A stretch of DNA of 64,000 bases from an uncultured archaeon (GTDB lineage: Archaea > Altiarchaeota > Altiarchaeia > IMC4 > QMZM01): the NCBI GenBank assembly GCA_964549685.1, contig CAZJVE010000001.1, positions 19,706 to 83,705 on the forward strand. Reading direction: 5' to 3'. The notes beneath the pieces are model-generated. The model did no database searches. It saw only the letters and a list, made by a program, of their open reading frames with translations, and was not told where the DNA came from. Within the stretch, counting starts at the first letter, position 1; each line of letters opens with the position of its first letter. Positions 16,619-25,941 of the stretch are shown piece after piece. The position numbers and the translations under genes are program-made.

Positions 16619-17092
16619 ATGATGGTTCTTGACGCATCCGGTATCCTTCGCTCCGGGCTGGATTTTTCCGATTCTGGCTATCTGATAACCAGCGGGGTTC
16701 TTCATGAGGTTGAGGAGGATAATGCGAGGACTGCCGTTAATGCTGCGGTGGAGAGGGGTTTTATCCAGGTCAGGGAGCCGGGGGAGGATTCCGTCGGCAG
16801 GGTGAGGGCAGCAGCAGAGAAGTCTGGGGACTTGGAGAGGCTTTCGGAGAACGATGTCTCTGTCCTTGCACTGGCATTGGAGACGAATTCTATAATTGTT
16901 TCTGATGACTACAATATTCAAAATCTGGCGAGAATTCTCGGTATTAATTATGAGAGGACCTTTCATAAAGGAATAAAAAAGAAATTAACCTGGATAAGGG
17001 TCTGTGAGGGTTGTGGAAAGGATGGGGAAGGGGAGGTCTGTGATGTCTGCGGCTCTAGAATGAAGAGAGTTCCCAGCCGAACTTCTCCCTGA
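16619..17092 (+). CDS. nob1: Nob1-family PIN endonuclease with Zn ribbon
   Basis: VLDAS PIN start, LSENDVSVLALA, SDDYNIQN, and CEGC...CDVCGS Zn ribbon. Confidence 0.9.
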   Translation: MMVLDASGILRSGLDFSDSGYLITSGVLHEVEEDNARTAVNAAVERGFIQVREPGEDSVGRVRAAAEKSGDLERLSENDVSVLALALETNSIIVSDDYNIQNLARILGINYERTFHKGIKKKLTWIRVCEGCGKDGEGEVCDVCGSRMKRVPSRTSP

Positions 17093-17975
17093 GGAGGTGG
17101 TAGGCGCCCTGCGGCGGGATTATTCCCTCCTCCGTTATTAGCATGTCTATCATCTCGGCTGAGGTTATGTCGAATGCGGGATTGAGGACCCTTATGCCCC
17201 TGATTTTGCCGGGCCGGATGACTTCCTTTGTGTCCCGGTATTCTATGTCGACCATCTCTCCGCCGACGGACTGGGGGGAGAATTTTATGGATTCAACAGC
17301 AGCAATAAAGTCTATGTCCAGGTCCCTGGCTGCTACGGCTATCTGCGAGGTTCCTATCTTGTTGATTAGGTCGCCGTTGGCGCGGACCGTATCTCCGCCG
17401 ACGATGACCTTGTCGACCTTGAACTCCTTCATCATTAAACGGGCTGCAGAATCCACCACGAGAGTGGTGGGGATTTTTGCCTTTGCCAGTGCCTTTGCAG
17501 TCAGGTGGCCCTGGAACCTCGGCCTGGTCTCGGTGCAGATTACCTTGAATTTCTTGCCGTCCTTTTTTGCCTTTGCCAGCAATGCAACAACTGTATCTGA
17601 GTTGCAGTGGGTCAGGATAACGTCGTTATTATCGATGAGGTTTGCGCCAATCTCGGCGATTCTCTCCAGCGCCCTTTCCTGGTCATCAATAAATTTCTGG
17701 ATATCCTTGGACATTGCCTTCCTGAATTCCCCGGCATCCAGTTTTCTGTTCCTGTCGGCGAGGTATAGGACATAGTCAACCGCATTCGGGAGAGAAACCG
17801 CTGTCGGCCTTGCTGCCTTGAGGGTCTTGCTTGCTTTCTTCAGGTCTTTGATTACTGCAGCCGTGCTCTTTCCGTCCAGCTCCTTCTTCATTGCCCGGGC
17901 TGCGGCAATGGCGATGTCAAGGGCGCCCCTGATTCTCATGTCCCTTATGTCCCTGGCTGTCTTATTGACCGACAT
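17055..17975 (-). CDS. Ribose-1,5-bisphosphate isomerase (eIF2B-like family)
   Basis: IRGA, ARPTAVSLPN, LTHCNS, ETRPRFQG, NKIGT and NPAFD motifs. A form III RuBisCO is nearby. Confidence 0.85.
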   Translation of the reverse strand: MSVNKTARDIRDMRIRGALDIAIAAARAMKKELDGKSTAAVIKDLKKASKTLKAARPTAVSLPNAVDYVLYLADRNRKLDAGEFRKAMSKDIQKFIDDQERALERIAEIGANLIDNNDVILTHCNSDTVVALLAKAKKDGKKFKVICTETRPRFQGHLTAKALAKAKIPTTLVVDSAARLMMKEFKVDKVIVGGDTVRANGDLINKIGTSQIAVAARDLDIDFIAAVESIKFSPQSVGGEMVDIEYRDTKEVIRPGKIRGIRVLNPAFDITSAEMIDMLITEEGIIPPQGAYHLLREKFGWELSSF

Positions 17976-18011
17976 GTTGTCTTTTTAACTATTTAAAACA
18001 TAAAAAGATAT

Positions 18012-18899
18012 ATGGGTTTGCTTTCCGTGGGCGACTTCTCTTCTGATGACCTGAAGTCCGTTATTCAGGAAACTGCAAAGATAAAGGGAAATCCTTCTGG
18101 TTATGACAGCAGGCTTGACGGCAAGACATTGGTGCTTCTATTTGAGAAGCCCTCAACCCGAACAAAGGTTTCTTTCCAGGCCGGGATGTTCCAGCTTGGG
18201 GGCAATGTAATCCATCTGGATATTGACAGGAGCCAGCTGAGCAGGGGGGAGAGTATTGCTGATACTGCGAGAATTCTCTCGAGTTATGCGGATGGGATTG
18301 CAGCAAGGGTTTATGAGCACTCCACCCTGGTTGAGTTGGCGGAGAATTCCTCGGTTCCTGTAATTAGCGCACTGTCGGACCGGGAGCACCCCTGCCAGAC
18401 AATCGCTGACCTCTTTACAATCCATGAAAGCGCGGGTGGCTTCGACGGTATAAAGGTTGCCTATGTTGGAGACGGCAATAACGTCTGCAATTCCCTGATA
18501 CTTGGCTGCGGAATGCTTGGCATTAGCCTATCGGTGGCTTCTCCGAAGGGTTATGGGCCCGATAAGGACATTGTCAAGAAAGCAGGCGATAAGGTCGAGA
18601 TTCTCTCCAGTCCTGAAGAAGCGGCGAAGGACGCAGACTTTCTTTATACAGACGTCTGGGTCAGCATAGGGAAAGAGGGGGAAAAGGAAAAGAGAGCGAA
18701 GGCGTTCAAGGACTATCAGATAAACAAGGAGCTTCTGCAGCATGCGAAGCCCGATTGCAGGGTAATGCACTGCCTTCCCGCTCACAGGGGGGAGGAGATA
18801 GCTGCCGACATGATAAACAGTAAAGGCTCGATAATCTGGACTCAGGCGGAGAATAAGCTTCACGCTCAGAAGGCAATCCTTCTGAAGTTGCTTGGTTAA
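18012..18899 (+). CDS. argF: Ornithine carbamoyltransferase
   Basis: KPSTRT, HPCQ, YTDVWVS, MHCLPAHRG and QAEN motifs. Confidence 0.95.
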   Translation: MGLLSVGDFSSDDLKSVIQETAKIKGNPSGYDSRLDGKTLVLLFEKPSTRTKVSFQAGMFQLGGNVIHLDIDRSQLSRGESIADTARILSSYADGIAARVYEHSTLVELAENSSVPVISALSDREHPCQTIADLFTIHESAGGFDGIKVAYVGDGNNVCNSLILGCGMLGISLSVASPKGYGPDKDIVKKAGDKVEILSSPEEAAKDADFLYTDVWVSIGKEGEKEKRAKAFKDYQINKELLQHAKPDCRVMHCLPAHRGEEIAADMINSKGSIIWTQAENKLHAQKAILLKLLG

Positions 18900-19452
18900 A
18901 ATGGCTCTTAAATCAAAGGAGGAAATCTCCAAGGAAAAGAAGAAGTTGTTCGATGGCATAACTCAAGAGATTTCGTTTGCCGATGAAAAGGGGAGGGTTG
19001 GAAGGCTTGAACGGAGGCGCGTGGTTCTCGACCTCAAATACTTTCCCTACAGGTTCATGAAGGAGAGTAATAAGCTGATGGGGAGGGCCAGCACCACCCT
19101 GATGTATCTGGTTGGTAAGAGGTGCGGGAAGGACATCTATGACGGCTATGTGGAGCTGGGCCATGACAAGGATGCTGCGCTCAATCTTAGCACTGCGGGC
19201 ATGTGGTACTTCGGCTGGGGGCTTGTTGACATAGATGTTAAGACTGCGGAGGCAATAATCTACGACTCCTTCGAAGCGGACAGCTTTACCCTCAATAAGA
19301 AGAGGGGTAATACGCCCACATGCCATTTCTTCAGAGGAGTTATATCTGGAATCTGGGCAGCATATTCAGAAAAGGAGTGCTACGGCGATGAGACCATGTG
19401 CAAGGCAAAGGGGGACAAATACTGCAAGATTGTGATTAGAGCAACAGGATAA
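18892..19452 (+). CDS. Stand-alone V4R-domain protein
   Basis: GWG, CHFFRGVISG and ETMCKAKGDKYC (V4R Cys pattern). ATG 18901 is an alternative start. Confidence 0.85.
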   Translation: MVKMALKSKEEISKEKKKLFDGITQEISFADEKGRVGRLERRRVVLDLKYFPYRFMKESNKLMGRASTTLMYLVGKRCGKDIYDGYVELGHDKDAALNLSTAGMWYFGWGLVDIDVKTAEAIIYDSFEADSFTLNKKRGNTPTCHFFRGVISGIWAAYSEKECYGDETMCKAKGDKYCKIVIRATG

Positions 19453-20555
19453 TGAAATCCCAGCTCAGCTCCATCGACGTGAGAGTTCTATCGAAGGAAG
19501 TTGAAAAGATTCTGAATTCTAGGATTGATAAGATTTATCAGATATCCAAAAGGGAGCTGAAGATTAAACTGCACCAGGCAGGACATGGCTCTCTGGATTG
19601 GATAGTGGCTCCGAATTTTCTGTGCCTGAGCAGATACAGCAGGCCTGCTCCGAAGGATGCCAGTTCCTTTGCAATGCAGCTGAGGAAGCATCTGTCCGGC
19701 GGTTTTGTGAGGGGGATAATGCAGCACGGATTTGATAGAATTCTTGAATTTATGATTGAGAATAAAGGTAAAGAATATACTCTGGTGGTTGAGTTGTTCA
19801 GCAAGGGGAATGTGATTCTTCTTGACTCTGATAAAAAGATTATCGGGCTTCTGGACTGGCAGAAATGGAAGCATAGGAAGCTGGGCGTGGGGCAGGTCTA
19901 TGAGTATCCACCGGAGGGGGTTGATGCTGCCGTCATAGATGCCGGGGAATTCAACGATATTTTATTGGGTTCTGAGAAGGGAATTGCAGCAACCCTGGCA
20001 ACTGGGCTGGGGCTGGGTGGCCTTTATGCAGAGGAGATGTGCCTGAATTCTAAAATTGATAAAGATAGAATATCCAATAGCCTTGATGAAAAAGAAAAGA
20101 AAACTCTATTCAAATCATTGAGGAAGCTTCTTGATAGGGAATTAAGCCCGATGGTTGTCCTCGAGGATGGAGAGATGACCGATATCGTCCCCTTCGAGCT
20201 AGAGACCTACAAGGGCTTCGAGCAGAAGGGACTGGACTCATTCAACGATGCCGTCGATGAATACTTCAGCAAGCAGGAGTTCGAGGAGAAGGAGGAAAAA
20301 GCAGAGAGCGGGTTCGAGGAGAAGCTGAACAGGCTGAAGGAGATAGAAGAGGGGCAGAGGAAGAGCCTTGAGGAGCTGGGGAAGAAGTCCGAGGAGTATA
20401 GAAGGGTCGGCGACCTCATCTACCAGAACCTGCAGGACGTTGATTCTGTAGCAGGGATGGTTAAGAAGAAGGAGCTAGGTGTTGGGGACAAGATCGGAAA
20501 AATCAGGATAGAATCGATGAACAAGGACGGGACGATTTCTGTTGAGGTAGAATAG
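19452..20555 (+). CDS. NFACT/RqcH-like protein, N-terminal part only (367 aa)
   Basis: RIDKIYQ, FAMQLRKHL, QHGFDRILEF, LVVELFSKGNVILLD, GLGGLYAEE and SFNDAVDEYF motifs. It ends soon after the first coiled coil. Confidence 0.85.
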   Translation: MKSQLSSIDVRVLSKEVEKILNSRIDKIYQISKRELKIKLHQAGHGSLDWIVAPNFLCLSRYSRPAPKDASSFAMQLRKHLSGGFVRGIMQHGFDRILEFMIENKGKEYTLVVELFSKGNVILLDSDKKIIGLLDWQKWKHRKLGVGQVYEYPPEGVDAAVIDAGEFNDILLGSEKGIAATLATGLGLGGLYAEEMCLNSKIDKDRISNSLDEKEKKTLFKSLRKLLDRELSPMVVLEDGEMTDIVPFELETYKGFEQKGLDSFNDAVDEYFSKQEFEEKEEKAESGFEEKLNRLKEIEEGQRKSLEELGKKSEEYRRVGDLIYQNLQDVDSVAGMVKKKELGVGDKIGKIRIESMNKDGTISVEVE

Positions 20556-20635
20556 CAAGAAATGCCTTCCGATATAGAATAGCTAAAACTGTCTTCTGGT
20601 AAATTCTAGGCAGTGCCACAGCTATCTCCTGGGAA

Positions 20636-20679
20636 AGAAAAAAAGAATAAATGGGAAAGGGCGGTTAACGCCCATTTCC
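20636..20679 (-). terminator. Hairpin + T-tract downstream of the DUF4139 gene
   Basis: GGAAA-GGGCG-gttaa-CGCCC-a-TTTCC stem (20654-20679), followed on the minus strand by TTTATTCTTTTTTTCTTT. Confidence 0.55.
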
Positions 20680-22202
20680 TAACAGCTGTATATCTGGGTG
20701 AATTCCAGTGCAGCCTCTCCATCGGCCGGGACAGGGACCTTGAACTCCACGTTCCACGCGTCCTTCTTTTCGTAGTCGTGGGTTGTCTTGGAAATCTCCC
20801 AGTCGCAGTAGAGCCGCTCCTTTACCGTCACAACAATGTCCTCGTCCTTGTGGTTCTTGAGCTCTACCTTTACCTCCTGCCTCCACGTGTCGTCGGATAT
20901 CTGGTTGGACTCCATCACGTTCCTCTCAGCGGTTATGTCAAAGGCATCGCCGATGTAGAGCCTTATCTGCTCGTCCTTGGGCGTGTGGTCTATATTGTCC
21001 TCGCCTATGAACTGCAGCTGTCCGGATGAGTCTGCCTTGTACACTCGAACTATGCCCTTGGGCATGGGAAGTCCGAGGCCGTTCTCCTCTGAGTTGGTCA
21101 GCTTTATCATCACATTCACTTTACTCTGCGAGCTGCTGCCGTACCACCAGTAAGAGCTGCCGCCGTCGAAGACGTACTCCTTTGTTACAGGCACTCCGGA
21201 GGAGGTGAAGAGACTTATCTGCTTCGTCTCCTTGTCCTTAAGGTCCGTCTTTCTCTGCAAGGAATAGAGGTGGTATTCGAAGAAGGACTCCTCCTCGAAC
21301 TGGGGGGCTGCCTTTGAGGCGTACATTACGTCTTCCGCATACATGCCGCCTCTGACCTCAGGGGTTACCCGGTGGATGTCTCCAGCCACCAGCTTCAGGG
21401 TAGCATCAGGGAAAGTCGCGCCGCAATTGTTGTTGATGGTAACCCAGCCGTTCAGGTCAGTGTTCTTGTCGTCCTGGTCAACAACAGCAATGTAGTTTGC
21501 GTTCCAGTTGATTCCTGAGGTGAGATAGGAAACCTCGACGTCGTGGCTGCCAGAGACTTCATTCTGGAGGTGCCAGACGAGGGTGGGCTTTATTCTAAGG
21601 CCCTGCGGAAGCTTCGGGAACTGTATGTTGTCATAACCTCCAAGAGTTATGATTCCCTGTTCTCCCATGTCAAGGATTAAACCGCCTGAGCTGCTGAGCA
21701 ATTTTCCTTGGTAGGTTTTGTTTCCTGTTTCGACAGTAATATCCTCGCCGAGGTATTTCTCAATGAGCTTATAGCCGCTGACCAGGTCGTATTCATAGTT
21801 CTGCTCCTCGACTATGCACCTGTCCGGAGCAGTGATTGATTTAAAGTGGACCGATGTTGGGTCTATCTGCGAGGCAACGTCCTGGAATTCCACGATGTTC
21901 AGGCCGGAGCTTAGGTCTATCTCCCTTCTGTCTTTAACGAGCCCGAGGTTCTGGTTATATACTGTTACTTCGACGCCTGCCCCCTCGGATGAAATCTCCT
22001 GGGCATCAGCCTCTGCGATTATCTGTGGGAGAGCCATTCTGCCCGATGTTATTATCGAGCCGAGTTCCTTCAGGACTGCTGGCCTTGAGGATACCACTCT
22101 CTTTTCTTCCGGCTCCTCCCTGGGAGGGTTCAGAACCGGGATTAAAATCATCACGCCAACCAAAAACACCGCCGCCATAATCAACAAATATTTTGCTTCC
22201 AT
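20679..22202 (-). CDS. DUF4139/DUF4140-type membrane-anchored protein
   Basis: N-terminal TM, VTVYNQNLGLVKD, EQNYEYDL, YLTSGINWNANY and GLPMPKGIVRVY. SD GAGGTGA upstream. Confidence 0.8.
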   Translation of the reverse strand: MEAKYLLIMAAVFLVGVMILIPVLNPPREEPEEKRVVSSRPAVLKELGSIITSGRMALPQIIAEADAQEISSEGAGVEVTVYNQNLGLVKDRREIDLSSGLNIVEFQDVASQIDPTSVHFKSITAPDRCIVEEQNYEYDLVSGYKLIEKYLGEDITVETGNKTYQGKLLSSSGGLILDMGEQGIITLGGYDNIQFPKLPQGLRIKPTLVWHLQNEVSGSHDVEVSYLTSGINWNANYIAVVDQDDKNTDLNGWVTINNNCGATFPDATLKLVAGDIHRVTPEVRGGMYAEDVMYASKAAPQFEEESFFEYHLYSLQRKTDLKDKETKQISLFTSSGVPVTKEYVFDGGSSYWWYGSSSQSKVNVMIKLTNSEENGLGLPMPKGIVRVYKADSSGQLQFIGEDNIDHTPKDEQIRLYIGDAFDITAERNVMESNQISDDTWRQEVKVELKNHKDEDIVVTVKERLYCDWEISKTTHDYEKKDAWNVEFKVPVPADGEAALEFTQIYSC

Positions 22203-22275
22203 TTTATCACCTCTTTGTTAAAGATTTTAGAAGAGTCTTTAAATTCAGTGTTGGTTTTCTTCGGCGAAGACCGAA

Positions 22276-22733
22276 TCATCTGTAGAGAACGAGGATTGTT
22301 TTCTGGAGATTCCTTGGATTAAATTTCTTGATTTCATCAAGTATGATTTCCTTGCCTTCATCGAGAGGGAACCCTGCTATGCCGCAGCCAACGGCGGGAA
22401 TTCCCATGGTTTTACATTTCAAATCATCTGCAATAATTAAGGAATTTCTAACTGAATCTCTTATGGAATCTTTCGTTGCCTTCCTGTGGGTTTCCCAGTC
22501 CATGGCAGCGGCATGGATGAGATATTTTGCTTTCAGTTTTCCGGCTGTTGTTGCGACTGCTTCTCCCACTTGGATTGGGCCCTGGCCACTGCCTCATCCT
22601 CAATCTCCTGGCCGCCGGCCCGCTTTATCGCCCCTGCAACCCCGCCACCCATCCTGAGCGAGGTGTCTGCTGCATTGACTATTGCATCGGCCTCAAGCTT
22701 CGTTATGTCCCCATGCAGGATTTCGACGTCCAT
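22276..22733 (-). pseudogene. Macrodomain (ADP-ribose binding/hydrolase) gene split by a 1-nt frameshift
   Basis: The 5' part has [23 protein letters not shown]. The 3' part in another frame has [26 protein letters not shown]. The junction GCC AGG GCC CA lacks one base near 22580-22585. Confidence 0.8.
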
Positions 22734-22769
22734 TCTGTTATTATTCTATATAAAATAAAATTAATTACA

Positions 22770-23354
22770 ATGAGAACCGCAGCCGTTGAAAGGAAAACGA
22801 AGGAAACGGAGATTTCGTTGAAATTGAACCTGGATGGAAAGGGAAATTCAAAGATTGATACTCCTCTAAAATTTTTAAACCATATGCTGGAGAATTTCAG
22901 CAAACACTCCGGATTTGACCTGGAGGTTTCTGCCAAAGGGGATGTTGATGTGGACGACCACCACGTCGTTGAGGATGTCGGCATCGTGCTTGGCGAGGCC
23001 TTTGATAAGGCGTTGGGGGACAAAAAGGGCATCGCAAGGATGTCCCACCGCATCATTCCCATGGATGATTCCAAGGCTGATGTGAGCGTTGATTTGTCGG
23101 GGCGGCCCTATGCAGTCGTTGACTTGCCTTTCTCGGAGTTTGAGGAGAAGAAGGTTGGCGATGTGACAAAGGAGAACGTTGTCCACTTCCTTGAGTCCTT
23201 TGCGCTGAATGGGAAATTCAACCTGAATGTAAAGGTTGAGGGACAGAACGACCACCACAAGGTGGAGAGCTGCTTCAAAGCCCTTGCGAAATCCCTGCAG
23301 GACGCAGTAAAGATAACGGGGGGGGAAATTCCCTCGACAAAGGGGACGATATAA
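22770..23354 (+). CDS. hisB: Imidazoleglycerol-phosphate dehydratase
   Basis: RKTKETEI, DDHHVVED, PMDDS and NDHHKVE..FKA..PSTKG. The start is trimmed to MRTAAV. Confidence 0.97.
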   Translation: MRTAAVERKTKETEISLKLNLDGKGNSKIDTPLKFLNHMLENFSKHSGFDLEVSAKGDVDVDDHHVVEDVGIVLGEAFDKALGDKKGIARMSHRIIPMDDSKADVSVDLSGRPYAVVDLPFSEFEEKKVGDVTKENVVHFLESFALNGKFNLNVKVEGQNDHHKVESCFKALAKSLQDAVKITGGEIPSTKGTI

Positions 23355-23375
23355 GACAAATAGGGGACATGTAAG

Positions 23376-23879
23376 ATGCCTGTAACGCCGTATCATCTGG
23401 GCCCGGTGCTGCTTCTCGGGATTTTGCTTTTTCCGGCACTTTATCTGCCGGGGCTGCTTCTTGGCTCTGTGATAGTTGACATCGAGCCGTTCCTCTATCT
23501 CTCGCATGGAATCGGGACCCATCCGCATGCGATAACGCATACCTATCTGGGAGGGGCTGTTGTCGGAATTATTCTTGGCCTGGTTCTCTATTCAATCAGA
23601 AAATTAATCAGGAGAATCATGAATCCAATCAGGCTGGGGCAGGATTCCTCGCTGAGGGATATTGTTGCGAGCTCTGTCCTTGGAGTATATTCGCATGTGT
23701 TCCTCGACTCCTTTATGTATACTGACATAGAGCCGTTCTTTCCCTTAATGGCCAAGCCCCTCTACAAGATGGTCGGCTGGGGCGAAATCTACATATTCTG
23801 CGGAGTGACATTTATCCTGGGCTTTTTTGTCTATCTTTACAAATTAAGTAAGAAGAGGGGCTTAGGAAGCATAAAATAG
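23376..23879 (+). CDS. Membrane-bound metal-dependent hydrolase-like protein
   Basis: MPVTPYH, VDIEP, H..TH and SHVFLDS motifs with TM segments. Confidence 0.7.
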   Translation: MPVTPYHLGPVLLLGILLFPALYLPGLLLGSVIVDIEPFLYLSHGIGTHPHAITHTYLGGAVVGIILGLVLYSIRKLIRRIMNPIRLGQDSSLRDIVASSVLGVYSHVFLDSFMYTDIEPFFPLMAKPLYKMVGWGEIYIFCGVTFILGFFVYLYKLSKKRGLGSIK

Positions 23880-23882
23880 AAA

Positions 23883-25112
23883 ATGGGTTACGAAGGATAC
23901 ATCGCAAAGGGGTATGAACCGGATGAGAACGACCTGGTCGTGGAATTCTTCATCGAGCCTGCTGAAGGTCTGTCGCTTGAGAGGGCAGCGGAGATTACTG
24001 CCGGAGAAAGCTCGGTAGGAACATGGACGGACATAGCGACCATGAGCAGGGAGATTGCCGATGAGCTTGGCCCGAAGGTCTTTGATGTTAATAAGGGCAC
24101 GGTAAAGATTGCCTACCCCTCCGCTTTGTTCGAGGAAGGGAATATCCCCCAGGTGATGAGCTCCATTGCAGGGAATATCTTCGGGATGAAGGCAGTGAAG
24201 AATTTAAGATTGGTGGATGTTAGATTCCCAGATAATATTGTAAAATCATTTAAAGGACCAGAATTTGGAATCTCAGGAATCAGGAAGCTGCTGAAGGTGA
24301 AGGAACGCCCGCTGATTGGGACCATCGTCAAGCCCAAGGTCGGCCTTGACCCTGACGGGCATGCAAAGGTGAGTTACGAGTCCTGGGTTGGTGGTCTTGA
24401 TATTGTGAAGGATGATGAGAATTTATCCAGCCAAAAATTCAACCCCTTTGAAGAGAGAATCACAAAAACCCTGGAGCTGAGGGACAAGGCAGAATCCGAA
24501 ACAGGGGAGAAGAAGATTTACATGCCGAATATAACGGCAGAAACAAACGAGATGCTCAGGCGCGCGGAATTCGTGAAGGAGCACGGCTGCGAATATATGA
24601 TGGTGGATGTGCTTACCGTTGGCTTTTCGGCTCTGCAGACGGTCAGGGATGCCAACCTTGGGCTTGTAATCCATGCGCACAGGGCGATGCACGGGGCATT
24701 AACAAGGAACAGGAAGCACGGAATCTCCATGCTCGCACTTGCGAGAATCTTCAGGCTCATTGGAGTGGACCAACTGCATATTGGTACTGCTGTAGGAAAG
24801 ATGCAGGGCCCTGCGAAGGAGGTAGTGGCAATAAAGGATGCCATCATCGAAGACTGGTCCGGGCTGAAGAAGACGTTTCCCGTAGCTTCGGGCGGTCTTC
24901 ACCCAGGCATGATTCCAGAGCTTGTGAAAATTCTTGGAAAGGACATCATAATCCAGGCGGGGGGCGGTGTGCACGGGCATCCGGATGGGAGCTCTGCGGG
25001 AGCTACAGCAATGCGGCAGGCAGTCGATGCTGCGATGGAAGGAGTTTCGCTGGAGGATTACGCTAAAGACCATCCCGAGCTGGGGAAGGCGCTGGGTAAG
25101 TGGTCCAAATAG
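23883..25112 (+). CDS. rbcL: RuBisCO large subunit, form III
   Basis: GESSVGTW, KPKVG, KDDE, HAHRAMH, DQLHIGT, GKM, SGGLH and GGGVHGHP. No small subunit nearby. Confidence 0.93.
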   Translation: MGYEGYIAKGYEPDENDLVVEFFIEPAEGLSLERAAEITAGESSVGTWTDIATMSREIADELGPKVFDVNKGTVKIAYPSALFEEGNIPQVMSSIAGNIFGMKAVKNLRLVDVRFPDNIVKSFKGPEFGISGIRKLLKVKERPLIGTIVKPKVGLDPDGHAKVSYESWVGGLDIVKDDENLSSQKFNPFEERITKTLELRDKAESETGEKKIYMPNITAETNEMLRRAEFVKEHGCEYMMVDVLTVGFSALQTVRDANLGLVIHAHRAMHGALTRNRKHGISMLALARIFRLIGVDQLHIGTAVGKMQGPAKEVVAIKDAIIEDWSGLKKTFPVASGGLHPGMIPELVKILGKDIIIQAGGGVHGHPDGSSAGATAMRQAVDAAMEGVSLEDYAKDHPELGKALGKWSK

Positions 25113-25195
25113 TGCTGTTTCACTTTATGCAACAGCTGTTTCACCAGAAGATATGGGCTGTTTCAGCCAATGTTCTTAGAAAGAGGTGATGAAAA

Positions 25196-25657
25196 ATGGA
25201 AAGAAGCAAGATTTTAGGTGTTGGGATTGCGGCCCTGCTGATAGTTGGATTGGCATGGGGCATTAATGCAGCAACCCAGGAGAAGGGGGAGTGTCCCTTC
25301 AGTGGAAAGAAAGCCGGATTCCATGCCGGAATAAAGAAAGGGCTGAATCTTCCCAAGGATGCTACTAGGGAGGAGGTCAAAGCCGCTTGGCTGGAGGAGA
25401 TGGGCCTGAGTGAAGATGCAACCAAGGAGGAGATAATGGAGGCTAAGTTCCAGAAAAAACTTGAGGGGCTTGGCCTGACCGAGGACTCCACCATAGGGGA
25501 ACTAAGGGAGGCTATGCAGGAGCAGAAGCTCTCGATGATGAGGGAAAAACTCGGCCTTTCGGAAGATGCGAGTGAGGAGGAGATAAAGGATGCCCTCGGC
25601 GAGAAGGCGTTTAACGGACACAAAGGAATTGGGAAAAAGAAGGGATGGGGCATGTAG
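25196..25657 (+). CDS. Secreted protein with four short helical repeats
   Basis: Signal peptide and (G/N)L(P/S/T)(K/E)D(A/S)(T/S)xxE repeats x4. SD GAGGTGA upstream. Confidence 0.7.
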   Translation: MERSKILGVGIAALLIVGLAWGINAATQEKGECPFSGKKAGFHAGIKKGLNLPKDATREEVKAAWLEEMGLSEDATKEEIMEAKFQKKLEGLGLTEDSTIGELREAMQEQKLSMMREKLGLSEDASEEEIKDALGEKAFNGHKGIGKKKGWGM

Positions 25658-25670
25658 GCCCCCATTTTTT
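25647..25670 (+). terminator. Possible short hairpin + T-tract
   Basis: GGGGC-atgtag-GCCCC followed closely by TTTTTT at the stop of the 25196 gene. Confidence 0.35.
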
Positions 25671-25709
25671 ATTCTTAACTGATTATACTAACATATCGAG
25701 GTGATTTAG

Positions 25710-25940
25710 ATGGATTACTTCATGGGTTTCAGGGGCATGGGCAGGCGTATGTTTTTTGGAATAATTCCGATTCCGGTCATCTGGAATCTGCTCATCATTC
25801 TAGTAATAGCATTAATATTCTACTGGCTCGTGAAAGGCTCGGCAGCACAGGACGCTCTTGACATAGCAAAGAAGAGATACGCCAGCGGGGAGATAGACAG
25901 GAAGACCTTTCTTGAGATAAAAAAGGATATAGGGAAATAA
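25710..25940 (+). CDS. SHOCT-domain membrane protein
   Basis: TM followed by ALDIAKKRYASGEIDRKTF. Confidence 0.85.
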   Translation: MDYFMGFRGMGRRMFFGIIPIPVIWNLLIILVIALIFYWLVKGSAAQDALDIAKKRYASGEIDRKTFLEIKKDIGK

Positions 25941-25941
25941 C

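Noticed and set aside
16574-16966. N-terminal extension of the uppS ORF
   Set aside because: It overlaps the divergent nob1 gene, and the family motif starts at the Met at 16573.
22527-22769. N-terminal extension of hisB
   Set aside because: Antisense to the macrodomain gene. HisB homology begins at 22770.
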